Below are positions 42,877 through 51,802 of a stretch of DNA of 64,000 bases, piece after piece; the stretch's first letter is position 1; every line of letters starts with the position of its first letter. Source of the stretch: an uncultured Azospirillum sp. (GTDB lineage: Bacteria > Pseudomonadota > Alphaproteobacteria > RF32 > CAG-239). The position numbers and the translations under genes were made by a program. A model generated the notes under the pieces. The model worked only from the letters and a program-made list of their open reading frames with translations. It was not told the DNA's origin and searched no databases. The stretch is from the NCBI GenBank assembly GCA_902489795.1, contig CABUBU010000001.1, forward strand, positions 41,956-105,955. The letters are read 5' to 3'.

Positions 42877-43437
42877 TTACTTGCTGACGATGACCATCGC
42901 CTCCCGCAATATCCTGTCATTAATCATATATCCGGTCTGCAGTTCGGCCACGACGGTACCGGCGGGTTTGGACTTGTCTTCCACTTCCTGCACCACCTGA
43001 TGGAAAGCGGGATCGAAAACTTTGCCCATCGGCTCCATTTTGGTGACGCCGAACTTGGCCAGCACTTTGCTCAATTCCGATTCGGTCAGTTCCACGCCTT
43101 TTTTCAGCTGTTCGCATTCAATGCTGGTCAACTCCTCGGCGGCGGCAAGCGCCCGGTGCAGATTGTCTGCTACGGAAAGAATTTCCTTGGCAAAGGAGCT
43201 GACGGCATATTTGGAGTTTTTCTCCATTTCCGCGGCGCAGCGCTTTTTGGTGTTTTCCAGTTCCGCATACGCGCGCAGATAATCGTCTTTCAGCTTGGCA
43301 TTCTCCGCTTTCAAAACTTCCGCCTCACGGTCGATTTTTTCCGCGGCTGCCTCGATTTCCTCCGTCAGATTTTCATTGTTTTCCGATGCCTGTTCGCATT
43401 CGTTTTCGGAGTTATGCTCTTTTTTATCCTTTTTCAT
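42877..43437 (-). CDS. grpE: nucleotide exchange factor GrpE
   Basis: Coiled-coil N-terminus and the GrpE signature ..ELQTGYMINDRILREAMVIV. Confidence 0.88.
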   Translation of the reverse strand: MKKDKKEHNSENECEQASENNENLTEEIEAAAEKIDREAEVLKAENAKLKDDYLRAYAELENTKKRCAAEMEKNSKYAVSSFAKEILSVADNLHRALAAAEELTSIECEQLKKGVELTESELSKVLAKFGVTKMEPMGKVFDPAFHQVVQEVEDKSKPAGTVVAELQTGYMINDRILREAMVIVSK

Positions 43438-43580
43438 TTTTCCCTCTTTAATTTTTTTTCAAAGCGCGTATATTTCTTATATACAACATTTAATGATTAA
43501 AGATAAACAAGTCAAGGGGAGAAGTTTTTATTGCCTTTTTAATTGATTATTAAAACAGACAATATATATTCTTTTTACGA

Positions 43581-45656
43581 TTGATTATTCTGACTACGAA
43601 AGAGATGAGAATGAATTCTGTTCCTGCGCCGAAAGCACCCGACAGCGGTTTCAAGCCGTTGCCGAAAAATTTTAACTTTAAAAAATTTTCTCTGGCTTTT
43701 AGTGTTGTCAACAATCCCAACCTGACCGAGATTCAGAACCTCGGACGCAGGCAGTGCCTCGGCAAAAGCGAATGGCCGCTTGCGGGAAACGTCAACGCCT
43801 GGATGATTACGGCCGAAACCGCGACTTTTATGAAATGGGGCGGGCTCGGCATGGTCGCTGCCGAACTGCCGGAAGCCTTTAACCGCTCTTTTGCCGGCGA
43901 CGGCGACGTCGTTTCCGTGGTCACTCCGCTATATGCCGGCGACACCGGCAAGAAAAAAGCCCGCCTGGAAGCTGCCGTTTATTACGGCGCCGAAAAAAAA
44001 TCGGTAAAGGTGGAAAAACTTTTAACCCTCAAAGTGCCTTTTTACGGCAACCGCAGCACGTTGACAAAATACAACGTCAGCGTCTATCGCGGCAGATTTG
44101 AAAACGTCGAATACGTTTTTTTGCAAAACGAACGCTTTTTCTCCATCAACCCGCACCCGGACAACAATCCGGCCCAGGACGGCTGCTACGTTTTAAACGA
44201 ATTCAACATCAACGAAGTTGAACGTTTTGCCTTTTTCTCCAAGGCAGTTTACGTTCTGGTCAAAACCCTGTTTGAAAAAAGCAAAACGCCGCTCAAGGCG
44301 CCCAACCTGCTGATCGCCAACGACTGGCACAGCGGCGCGCTGGCGGGACTGACCAAATATTTTTCAATTGCCCAGCTGGAAGCCGGGCTGATCGACAACG
44401 CGCTCTGCGACAGACTGAAAAACCTACCGGTCGTCCATCTGGCGCATCACCTCGGCTATCAGGGCTGGGACTATGCCAACACCTCAAAAATTCTCAATTC
44501 TCTTTACGAAAACACGGCAACCGCCGTATTCAAAAACGCCAAGGCCATCAAAAACAGCAACCCGCGCACCTGCGACACGCTGATCGTCTACGATTGCTAC
44601 AATCAGGCTTCCTGCAATTTTCATCTTGCCGACCGGGTGGTAACCGTTTCCAAAAACTATATGGAAGAGGTGTCAAAAGAACTCGATTTCGGTTTTGACT
44701 TCCGCGACATTTTGAAAATCCGCAAAGACCACCGCAACTTCTTCGGCATCGTCAACGGCTACGACAAAAAGCTGATCACTCCCAACCCGGACCGGATTGA
44801 AGCGATCAACCGCTATTTTGCTCCGTTTAATTTCAAATTTTACGATGAAAATCATCTGGCTGCCAAACTGGAAAACAAAAAGGAATTTATCCGCCTGAGT
44901 TCCAAAATCGCTTCCGATCCGGACTTCAAACAAAAGGTGATTCCACTGGTCGACACATACCGCTTCAACGACCTGAGCAAAAAGATCAAAAACATCGAGC
45001 ATACTCCGATCGTCTGCGCCACCAGCCGGCTGGTCGAACAAAAGGGCTATGACATCGCCGCTCAGGCTATCACCAATCTGTTCAACCGTTTCGGCGCCCT
45101 GAAAAACATCGAAATGCCGATATTCCTCCTGGGCGGCGCAGGCGACAGCAAGTGTTTTGAACATCTGACCAACCTTAAAGACAGGGTGATGGAAAAAAAT
45201 CCCAAATGCGGCGAGCGAATCTTCGTTTTCCGCGGTTATCAGGACGACTTTGCCTATGCTATCCAGATGGCTTCCGACTTCTACATGATGCCGAGCCGCT
45301 TTGAACCCTGCGGGCTGACCCAGATGGAAGCGATGGCCAAAGGCGCGCTGCCGGTTGCCATGTCCACCGGCGGACTGGTTGACACCATCGAAAACGGCGT
45401 CGACGGCTTCCGCACCGAAGTGTTCTTTTCTTCTCACAAGCGCCGCGTTTACGGCAACAACCTGACCGCCCAGCGTTTGAAAAACAACACCAACGCTTAT
45501 GCGGAAACTCTGTGCAAAGCGCTGGAAACGTTTTACTGCCATTTTGACAAGATCCGCCAGATGACGATAAACGCCATGAGCAAAGACTTCAGCTGGGACG
45601 TTGAGGGCGGCAGCATTTACAAATACCGCCAGTTGTTTAAAACCGGACACCTCTGA
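43581..45656 (+). CDS. glycogen/starch-synthase-like glycosyltransferase (GT5 N-terminal domain plus GT4-type C-terminal domain), unusually long
   Basis: ETATFMKWGGLGMVAAELP matches the GlgA N-terminal KxGGL motif. C-terminal SRFEPCGLTQMEAMAKGALPV..TGGLVDT. Start may be at 43608. Confidence 0.6.
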   Translation: MIILTTKEMRMNSVPAPKAPDSGFKPLPKNFNFKKFSLAFSVVNNPNLTEIQNLGRRQCLGKSEWPLAGNVNAWMITAETATFMKWGGLGMVAAELPEAFNRSFAGDGDVVSVVTPLYAGDTGKKKARLEAAVYYGAEKKSVKVEKLLTLKVPFYGNRSTLTKYNVSVYRGRFENVEYVFLQNERFFSINPHPDNNPAQDGCYVLNEFNINEVERFAFFSKAVYVLVKTLFEKSKTPLKAPNLLIANDWHSGALAGLTKYFSIAQLEAGLIDNALCDRLKNLPVVHLAHHLGYQGWDYANTSKILNSLYENTATAVFKNAKAIKNSNPRTCDTLIVYDCYNQASCNFHLADRVVTVSKNYMEEVSKELDFGFDFRDILKIRKDHRNFFGIVNGYDKKLITPNPDRIEAINRYFAPFNFKFYDENHLAAKLENKKEFIRLSSKIASDPDFKQKVIPLVDTYRFNDLSKKIKNIEHTPIVCATSRLVEQKGYDIAAQAITNLFNRFGALKNIEMPIFLLGGAGDSKCFEHLTNLKDRVMEKNPKCGERIFVFRGYQDDFAYAIQMASDFYMMPSRFEPCGLTQMEAMAKGALPVAMSTGGLVDTIENGVDGFRTEVFFSSHKRRVYGNNLTAQRLKNNTNAYAETLCKALETFYCHFDKIRQMTINAMSKDFSWDVEGGSIYKYRQLFKTGHL

Positions 45657-45762
45657 ACCGCGCCGAGTTATCAAAACAGATTTTTTAAGCTTGAGTAATC
45701 ATGTTTTAACGAATATGGTAATAACATAAGCGCATACACAATCACTTTAGGAGGATGAGCAT

Positions 45763-46257
45763 ATGGGCGATACTTCTGTTGCAATGCAGGTAGCCACCAA
45801 GTGGCGTAAAAAGAGGGGGTCGCTGATTATGGCACTCCACGAAATCCAAGACGTAAAGGGCTACGTTCCCTGGGAAGACGCACTTGAAGTGGCGCAGGCG
45901 ATGAACATTCCGCTGGCCAGAATTTACGAAGTTCTCACCTTTTATAACTTTTTCAAGCTGGAAGCTCCCGGCAAGGCGGTTATCTCGGTATGTACGGGAA
46001 CCGCCTGTTATTTAAAAGGCAACGACAAGGTTCTGGAAGAATTCAAAAAAGAACTCGGCATCGGCGAGGGAGAAAGCACCCCCGACCGCACGTTCCACCT
46101 ACAATGCGTCCGCTGCGTCGGCTGCTGCGGCCTGGCCCCGGTCTGCGTGGTCAACGGCAAAACCTACGGCCGCGTAACCGTCGGCGACGTTCACAACATC
46201 ATCGACGAATGGCGCAAAAAATTTGACGACGAAGACAAGGAGCTGGCCCATGGCTGA
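45763..46257 (+). CDS. hydC: NuoE-like [2Fe-2S] thioredoxin-fold subunit of the bifurcating [FeFe]-hydrogenase (HydC/HndA type)
   Basis: CTGTACYLKG...CVRCVGCCGLAP Cys motif; RBS aggagg. Confidence 0.8.
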   Translation: MGDTSVAMQVATKWRKKRGSLIMALHEIQDVKGYVPWEDALEVAQAMNIPLARIYEVLTFYNFFKLEAPGKAVISVCTGTACYLKGNDKVLEEFKKELGIGEGESTPDRTFHLQCVRCVGCCGLAPVCVVNGKTYGRVTVGDVHNIIDEWRKKFDDEDKELAHG

Positions 46258-47947
46258 CATGAACGAAATTGACAAAAGATTCGACATCCACGAAATTGCC
46301 AAAAACAAATTACAGGATCTTGACCGCTACCTCTGCACCATTTACTGCTGCCATTCCACCGGCTGCAAGTCTTCCGGCAGCGATGACATTCTCAACCTGC
46401 TGAAATCGGCGGTGGCCGAACACGGATTGGAAGGCAAAGTCCGCATCGTTGCCACCGGCTGCATGGGGCTCTGCGCCCAGGGACCGCTGGTCAGGGTGGA
46501 AATCAAAGGGCAAAAGGACGTCCTTTACAAAAGGCTGGAACCGCTGGTCGCGCGGATTATCATCTCCGAACACGTGATTCCCGCCCTCAAACTGGAAGCG
46601 GGAGAAACCTTTGAACTGCCGGAATTTTTAAGCAAATATGTTCTCTCGCTCGATCTGCCGTTTTTCACCAAACAGGAAAAGGTGGTGTTAAAACAGGCCG
46701 GCCATCTCGATCCCGAAGATATTCAGGAATACATTGCTCACGGCGGCTATCTGGCGCTGGAAAAAGTTTTAAAAACCATGACCCCGGCCGAAGTTGCCGC
46801 CGAGATCAAAAAATCCGGCCTGCGCGGCCGCGGCGGCGCAGGCTTCCCCACCGGACTGAAATGGGAGCTGGCGGCCAAAGTGCCGGTGGTTGACGACAAG
46901 TTCATCATCTGCAACGGCGACGAGGGCGACCCCGGCGCCTATATGGACCGCAGCATTCTGGAATCCAACCCGCACGACGTCATCGAAGGCATGATGATTG
47001 CCGCCTATGCCATCGGCGCCACCGAAGGCTGGTTTTACATCCGCGCGGAATATCCGCTGGCGGTGGAAAGGATCGAAAAAGCAATCAAAGCCTGCAAAAA
47101 GAACCGTCTGCTCGGCAACAACATCATGAACAGCGGTTTTAACTTCAACATCGACATCAGGCTCGGCGCCGGCGCTTTCGTCTGCGGCGAGGAAACCGCG
47201 CTGATCCATTCGATCGAAGGCAAACGCGGCACCCCGCGCCCGCGGCCGCCGTATCCGACGGAAGTCGGCCTGTGGGACAAGCCGAGCTGCATCAACAACG
47301 TGGAAACGCTGGCCAACGTCGCGCCGATTATCCTAAAAGGCGCCGACTGGTTTTCTTCCTTCGGCACCGAAACCTCCAAAGGCACCAAGGTTTTCGCCCT
47401 CACCGGACAGGTTGAGCATTCCGGCCTGATCGAAGTGCCGATGGGCACCACCATCGACACCATCGTCAACGAAATCGGCGGCGGCGTACCGAACGGCAAA
47501 AAACTGAAAGCCGTTCAGACCGGCGGTCCTTCAGGCGGCGTGATCCCGGCAACCGACGTCAGCCTGCCGGTCTGCTACGAAGAACTGAAAAAAGTCGGTT
47601 CAATCATGGGCTCTGGCGGCATGATCGTGATGGACGAAACCGCCGACATGGTCGACATCGCCAAATTCTACCTCGACTTCACGGTCGACGAATCCTGCGG
47701 CAAATGCGCCCCCTGCCGGATCGGCGGCAAACAGATGCTGCTGCTGTTGGAAAAAATCGCCAAGGGACGGGGAACTAAAAAAGACGTCGAAGAACTGCGC
47801 AAAATCGCCGTCGCCATGCAAAAGGCCTCTCTTTGCGGGCTGGGGCAGACGGCGCCGAATCCGGTTCTTTCCACCATGCGCTTCTTCGGCGAGGAATACG
47901 AAGCCAAAGTGGCCGCAAACGAAGCAAAAAACAGGGAGGCAAAATAA
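46250..47947 (+). CDS. hydB: NuoF-like NAD(P)H-binding flavoprotein subunit (HydB/HndC type) with N-terminal [2Fe-2S] and C-terminal [4Fe-4S] domains
   Basis: GLRGRGGAGFPTGLKWE, ICNGDEGDPGAYMDR and C-terminal CxxCxxC motifs. The ATG at 46250 has aaggag; the track ORF starts at 46223. Confidence 0.85.
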   Translation: MADMNEIDKRFDIHEIAKNKLQDLDRYLCTIYCCHSTGCKSSGSDDILNLLKSAVAEHGLEGKVRIVATGCMGLCAQGPLVRVEIKGQKDVLYKRLEPLVARIIISEHVIPALKLEAGETFELPEFLSKYVLSLDLPFFTKQEKVVLKQAGHLDPEDIQEYIAHGGYLALEKVLKTMTPAEVAAEIKKSGLRGRGGAGFPTGLKWELAAKVPVVDDKFIICNGDEGDPGAYMDRSILESNPHDVIEGMMIAAYAIGATEGWFYIRAEYPLAVERIEKAIKACKKNRLLGNNIMNSGFNFNIDIRLGAGAFVCGEETALIHSIEGKRGTPRPRPPYPTEVGLWDKPSCINNVETLANVAPIILKGADWFSSFGTETSKGTKVFALTGQVEHSGLIEVPMGTTIDTIVNEIGGGVPNGKKLKAVQTGGPSGGVIPATDVSLPVCYEELKKVGSIMGSGGMIVMDETADMVDIAKFYLDFTVDESCGKCAPCRIGGKQMLLLLEKIAKGRGTKKDVEELRKIAVAMQKASLCGLGQTAPNPVLSTMRFFGEEYEAKVAANEAKNREAK

Positions 47948-49716
47948 TGGTAAAACTGAAAATCGACAACTACGAGGTTGAAGCTACCGCCGGCACTTCC
48001 ATTCTGGAAGCCGCCCGTAGCGTCCACATCGAAATCCCCACCCTGTGCAAGCATCCCGACGTTGACGCCACCGCCGGCTGCGGCATCTGCATCGTCAAAG
48101 TCAACGGACGCATCATGCGCTCCTGTTCAACGCCGATTGCCGAAGGGATGGAAGTCATCACCTCCGACGCCGAACTGGTTGACGTCCGCCGCACGGTCTT
48201 AAAACTGATTTTGAGCAACCACCCCAACGCCTGCCTGACCTGCATCCGTTCCGGACATTGCGAACTGCAGGACCTGACCAACACCTTCGGCATCAAGGAC
48301 GCAACCCTGCCCAACCTGACCAAACGCTGGCCGATTGACGATTCGACCAAAGCGCTGGTGCTCGATTCGAGCAAATGCATCCTCTGCGGCCGCTGCGTCG
48401 AAGTCTGCCAGAATCAGCAGAACGTCTGGGCGCTGGGTTACTTAAACCGCGGCCTGGCCACCCGGATCACCGCCGCCAACGGCATCAACCTGGCCGACAG
48501 CCCCTGCATCAAATGCGGCCAGTGTTCGGCTCACTGCCCGACCGGCGCCATCGTCGAATATGACGAAACGCAAAAAGTCTGGGACATGCTAAACGACAAG
48601 GACATCTATACCATCGTCCAGATCGCGCCGGCGGTGCGCGTCGCCATCGGCGAGGAATTCGGCTTCGATTTCGGCGAAAACCTGACCGGCAAAACCTATG
48701 CCGCGCTGCGCCGGATGGGTTTCAAACGCATTTTTGACACCAACTTCGGCGCCGATCTGACAATCATCGAAGAGGCAAACGAATTTGTCCGCCGCTTTAC
48801 CAAAGAGCCGGAAAGCCTGCCGATGTTCACCAGCTGCTGCCCGGCCTGGGTCGACCTGCTGGAAAAATATCATCAGGACATGATCAGCCACTTCTCCACC
48901 TGCAAATCGCCGCAATCAATGGTCGGCGCGCTGGCCAAAACCTATTACGCCGACAAGATGGGGCTCGATCCGGCCAAAATCCGCATCATCTCAATCATGC
49001 CCTGCACTGCCAAAAAATGGGAAATTGTCCGCAGCGAAGACATGAGTTCTTCAGGTTTTCAGGACGTCGACGTTTCTCTCACCACCCGCGAACTGGCGCG
49101 GATGATCAAACAGGCGGGCATCGACTTTCGCAGCCTGCCGGATGAGGCTGCCGACAATCCGCTGGGCGAATATTCCGGCGCCGGCACCATTTTCGGCGCC
49201 ACCGGCGGCGTAATGACCGCGGCTTTGAGAACCGCCTATTTTTACATTACCGGAGATGAGCTGGGCGAACTCAATTTCCGGGCCATCGAAGGTCTTGACG
49301 GCATCAAGGAAGCGGAAGTGGAAATTGCCGGCAAAACGATTCGCATTGCCGTTGCCCACGGCACCGGCAATGTCGAAAAAGTGCTGGAACGGATTTGCGC
49401 GGCCAAAGCGGCGGGTGAGGAAATTCCCTACCACTTTGTCGAAGTCATGGCCTGCCGCGGCGGCTGCATCGCCGGCGGCGGACAACCGCGGGTAATGCTT
49501 CCCGGACAACCGAAACCGCGGGGCATAACCGACGACATCCGCCGCAAACGCGCCAAAGGCCTGTTTGACGAAGACCTGAGAGCAACAAACCGCCTGTCAC
49601 ACCACAATCAGTCGATCAAAACCCTCTACAAGGAATATATCGGCGCCCCGAACGGCGAAAAGGCGCACCAGCTGCTGCATACCCACTACCGCCCCCGCGC
49701 GGCTTACAAAAGGTAG
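47947..49716 (+). CDS. hydA: [FeFe]-hydrogenase catalytic subunit HydA
   Basis: N-terminal 2Fe-2S and two 4Fe-4S ferredoxin domains, then H-cluster motifs TSCCPAW (L1), MPCTAKKWE (L2) and EVMACRGGCIAGGGQP (L3). Start overlaps hydB (TAATG). Confidence 0.9.
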   Translation: MVKLKIDNYEVEATAGTSILEAARSVHIEIPTLCKHPDVDATAGCGICIVKVNGRIMRSCSTPIAEGMEVITSDAELVDVRRTVLKLILSNHPNACLTCIRSGHCELQDLTNTFGIKDATLPNLTKRWPIDDSTKALVLDSSKCILCGRCVEVCQNQQNVWALGYLNRGLATRITAANGINLADSPCIKCGQCSAHCPTGAIVEYDETQKVWDMLNDKDIYTIVQIAPAVRVAIGEEFGFDFGENLTGKTYAALRRMGFKRIFDTNFGADLTIIEEANEFVRRFTKEPESLPMFTSCCPAWVDLLEKYHQDMISHFSTCKSPQSMVGALAKTYYADKMGLDPAKIRIISIMPCTAKKWEIVRSEDMSSSGFQDVDVSLTTRELARMIKQAGIDFRSLPDEAADNPLGEYSGAGTIFGATGGVMTAALRTAYFYITGDELGELNFRAIEGLDGIKEAEVEIAGKTIRIAVAHGTGNVEKVLERICAAKAAGEEIPYHFVEVMACRGGCIAGGGQPRVMLPGQPKPRGITDDIRRKRAKGLFDEDLRATNRLSHHNQSIKTLYKEYIGAPNGEKAHQLLHTHYRPRAAYKR

Positions 49717-49754
49717 AAGGAAAACCCAGAACAGCTTTTGGCTCTTCGCAAAAC

Positions 49755-49787
49755 TAAAAAACTCCTGATCAAGTCAGGAGTTTTTTG
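49755..49787 (+). terminator. intrinsic terminator after hydA
   Basis: A6, hairpin ctcctga-tcaag-tcaggag, then T6. Confidence 0.75.
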
Positions 49788-49831
49788 TATTCATATAAGA
49801 TATTCGCAACAAGGAAAGAAACAGACAACTC

Positions 49832-49972
49832 CGGTAAACCGGGGGTTCTATATCTATATTAGCTGCCAACCTAACTGTTTGCCTACGCTCGTTGGCGTGG
49901 AGCGGTGTCTGACGACACCTTAACGTTCAACCCCAGTTAAAATGGGGGTTGTCTGTAAAGCATCAATACACC
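49832..49972. repeat. structured repeat element, copy B
   Basis: Aligns with copy A and carries hairpins ctccgg-taaa-ccgggg and ggtgtc-tgac-gacacc, which differ from copy A by compensatory changes. Confidence 0.55.
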
Positions 49973-50206
49973 CCGGATTACTGCGAGATTTTTATATATT
50001 TTTTAAATTATTTATCTGCTGCTCATTTTAATACCCACTATTTATTATCAGCAATACACCATTTTTTGTTACCTTTCCCTTTACAATAAACATTATTTCC
50101 GTATATCAACATAAATCTTCATATTGAATGTTCCCCATTATTTTACACCGCCAAAGAATTTCCCGGCCAATATAAAATCACAAGTCGCATACCTGATTTT
50201 TCTCCC

Positions 50207-50239
50207 AAAAAAAACTCCGGTTAAACCGGAGTTTTTTTA
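50207..50239. terminator. bidirectional terminator at the edge of AT-rich island e
   Basis: A8, hairpin actccgg-ttaaa-ccggagt, then T7. Confidence 0.7.
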
Positions 50240-50283
50240 CAAGAGCAGATTCTTTGAAGAATCAGCCACCTTCCCCAAAAGTA

Positions 50284-51510
50284 CTAATGAACAAAAGTAA
50301 GCCAACCGCTGTACATACCTTCAACGGTCAACTCATCTATTTTCATTTCGACTTTCAGTTCCAGATAATAATGGTACTCGTTTCCGTTGTTCTCAATGAA
50401 ATCCCAGTCCATACTTGTAATTTGAACCTGTCTGTTCTCCATTGAACAACCGGCCATTTCCTCTATTAAAACTCCGTTATCGAACACAGCCGAATAACGA
50501 ACAAAGGGAATCCTCAATTCAAAATCGCCAAAATTCAGTATACAATCTTCAAGAATTCTTTCTTTTCTTATATACTTTGTATCGCTATCTTCAAAATAAC
50601 GATCTTTTTCAACTATTTGAATTTCCTGAAGTGACACATCATCAACGGTTCCATTCACCTTGATTGCTTTCGCTTCGGCAGCTTCACTGTAAACCTGCAG
50701 CGGTGTAGAAAAAACTTCTTCCCGAGTTACACCGTCAGAGTAATCTGAAGAAACTTTTATTGAAGAGATATAAGTATTCTCATTACTTGAAAAATCAACA
50801 AACTTATCAAGCACTTTACTACGCAGGATGAAAGGATCGTTACCTTCTCCCATTTCTCTCTTCAACATTATATTCGCATGCAGTTCATATGTTTCTCCGC
50901 CAAAGTCAACGGAAATTGAATGATGATAAACTCTTCTGGCATAAGTATATCTGCCGTCCGAATAAGAATCAATCACTTCAAACTGACCACCATTATCTTT
51001 TATGTTGCTGTAATACAGATATGGCATTACCTGACGCGTAACTTTATCGTCATAAACGGCGACTTCGTAGTTCAGACGATACTCAAATGAGAACTCATTG
51101 AATTTTACCGTATAAACAGCCGCAGAATCAGTAACGGTAACAAAACCGTCCACTCTTTCGTTACCTGCTTCATTTGTCAAGGACGTTTGATAATCCTCAA
51201 AGTTCCAAATTCCCACAACACAAGTGTCAGCCACATCTTTCAGCTCACCATTAAGAGTAACCGATACTTTGTTCTCGAATGCGGCGCGGGTCTGTCCCTT
51301 CACCATAATCCAAGATTCGTAGCTCAGTTTGGTTCCCTGTTCCGTCGTTTCCGATTTGATATTTTCACTCAAACCTTCATCCAGAACTTCACTTTCAATC
51401 ACTTCCGGCAATTCGGGCTCATCCTTTTCGCAGGAAGCAAAAAATACCATACTTGCAAATACGACAACTGTTGCCATAAATTGCATAAACTTGTTTGTCT
51501 TCATAATCAA
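50284..51510 (-). CDS. hypothetical lipoprotein (Bacteroidetes-style lipobox FFASC followed by EKDE)
   Basis: 408 aa with a signal peptide ..VVVFASMVFFASCEKDEPE, in low-GC context with no recognisable family. Confidence 0.5.
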   Translation of the reverse strand: MIMKTNKFMQFMATVVVFASMVFFASCEKDEPELPEVIESEVLDEGLSENIKSETTEQGTKLSYESWIMVKGQTRAAFENKVSVTLNGELKDVADTCVVGIWNFEDYQTSLTNEAGNERVDGFVTVTDSAAVYTVKFNEFSFEYRLNYEVAVYDDKVTRQVMPYLYYSNIKDNGGQFEVIDSYSDGRYTYARRVYHHSISVDFGGETYELHANIMLKREMGEGNDPFILRSKVLDKFVDFSSNENTYISSIKVSSDYSDGVTREEVFSTPLQVYSEAAEAKAIKVNGTVDDVSLQEIQIVEKDRYFEDSDTKYIRKERILEDCILNFGDFELRIPFVRYSAVFDNGVLIEEMAGCSMENRQVQITSMDWDFIENNGNEYHYYLELKVEMKIDELTVEGMYSGWLTFVH

Positions 51511-51802
51511 AAAGTTTTAAAAGTTGAACAAATATTTCGTCGTTTTATTTATTTTCAATTTGAAAATCTACAACTTTATAAGCAAACAGTCCAGCTTTAA
51601 CAAAGCTCCGTTATTCTTTCTAAAAATATCTTAAATAGTTGTAGATAATAATTTCTGTTAAAAAGGTTCCGTTTTACGTCCGGTAGACATTATAGTTTTT
51701 TGAGCTTTATTATAATGAGTTTTTGTCAAAATAATTTTTCCGGGAAATCCGGGGAGAAAAATCAATCCGTTCTCTCCCCGAATTCGGTTCGATTATCTCG
51801 GT

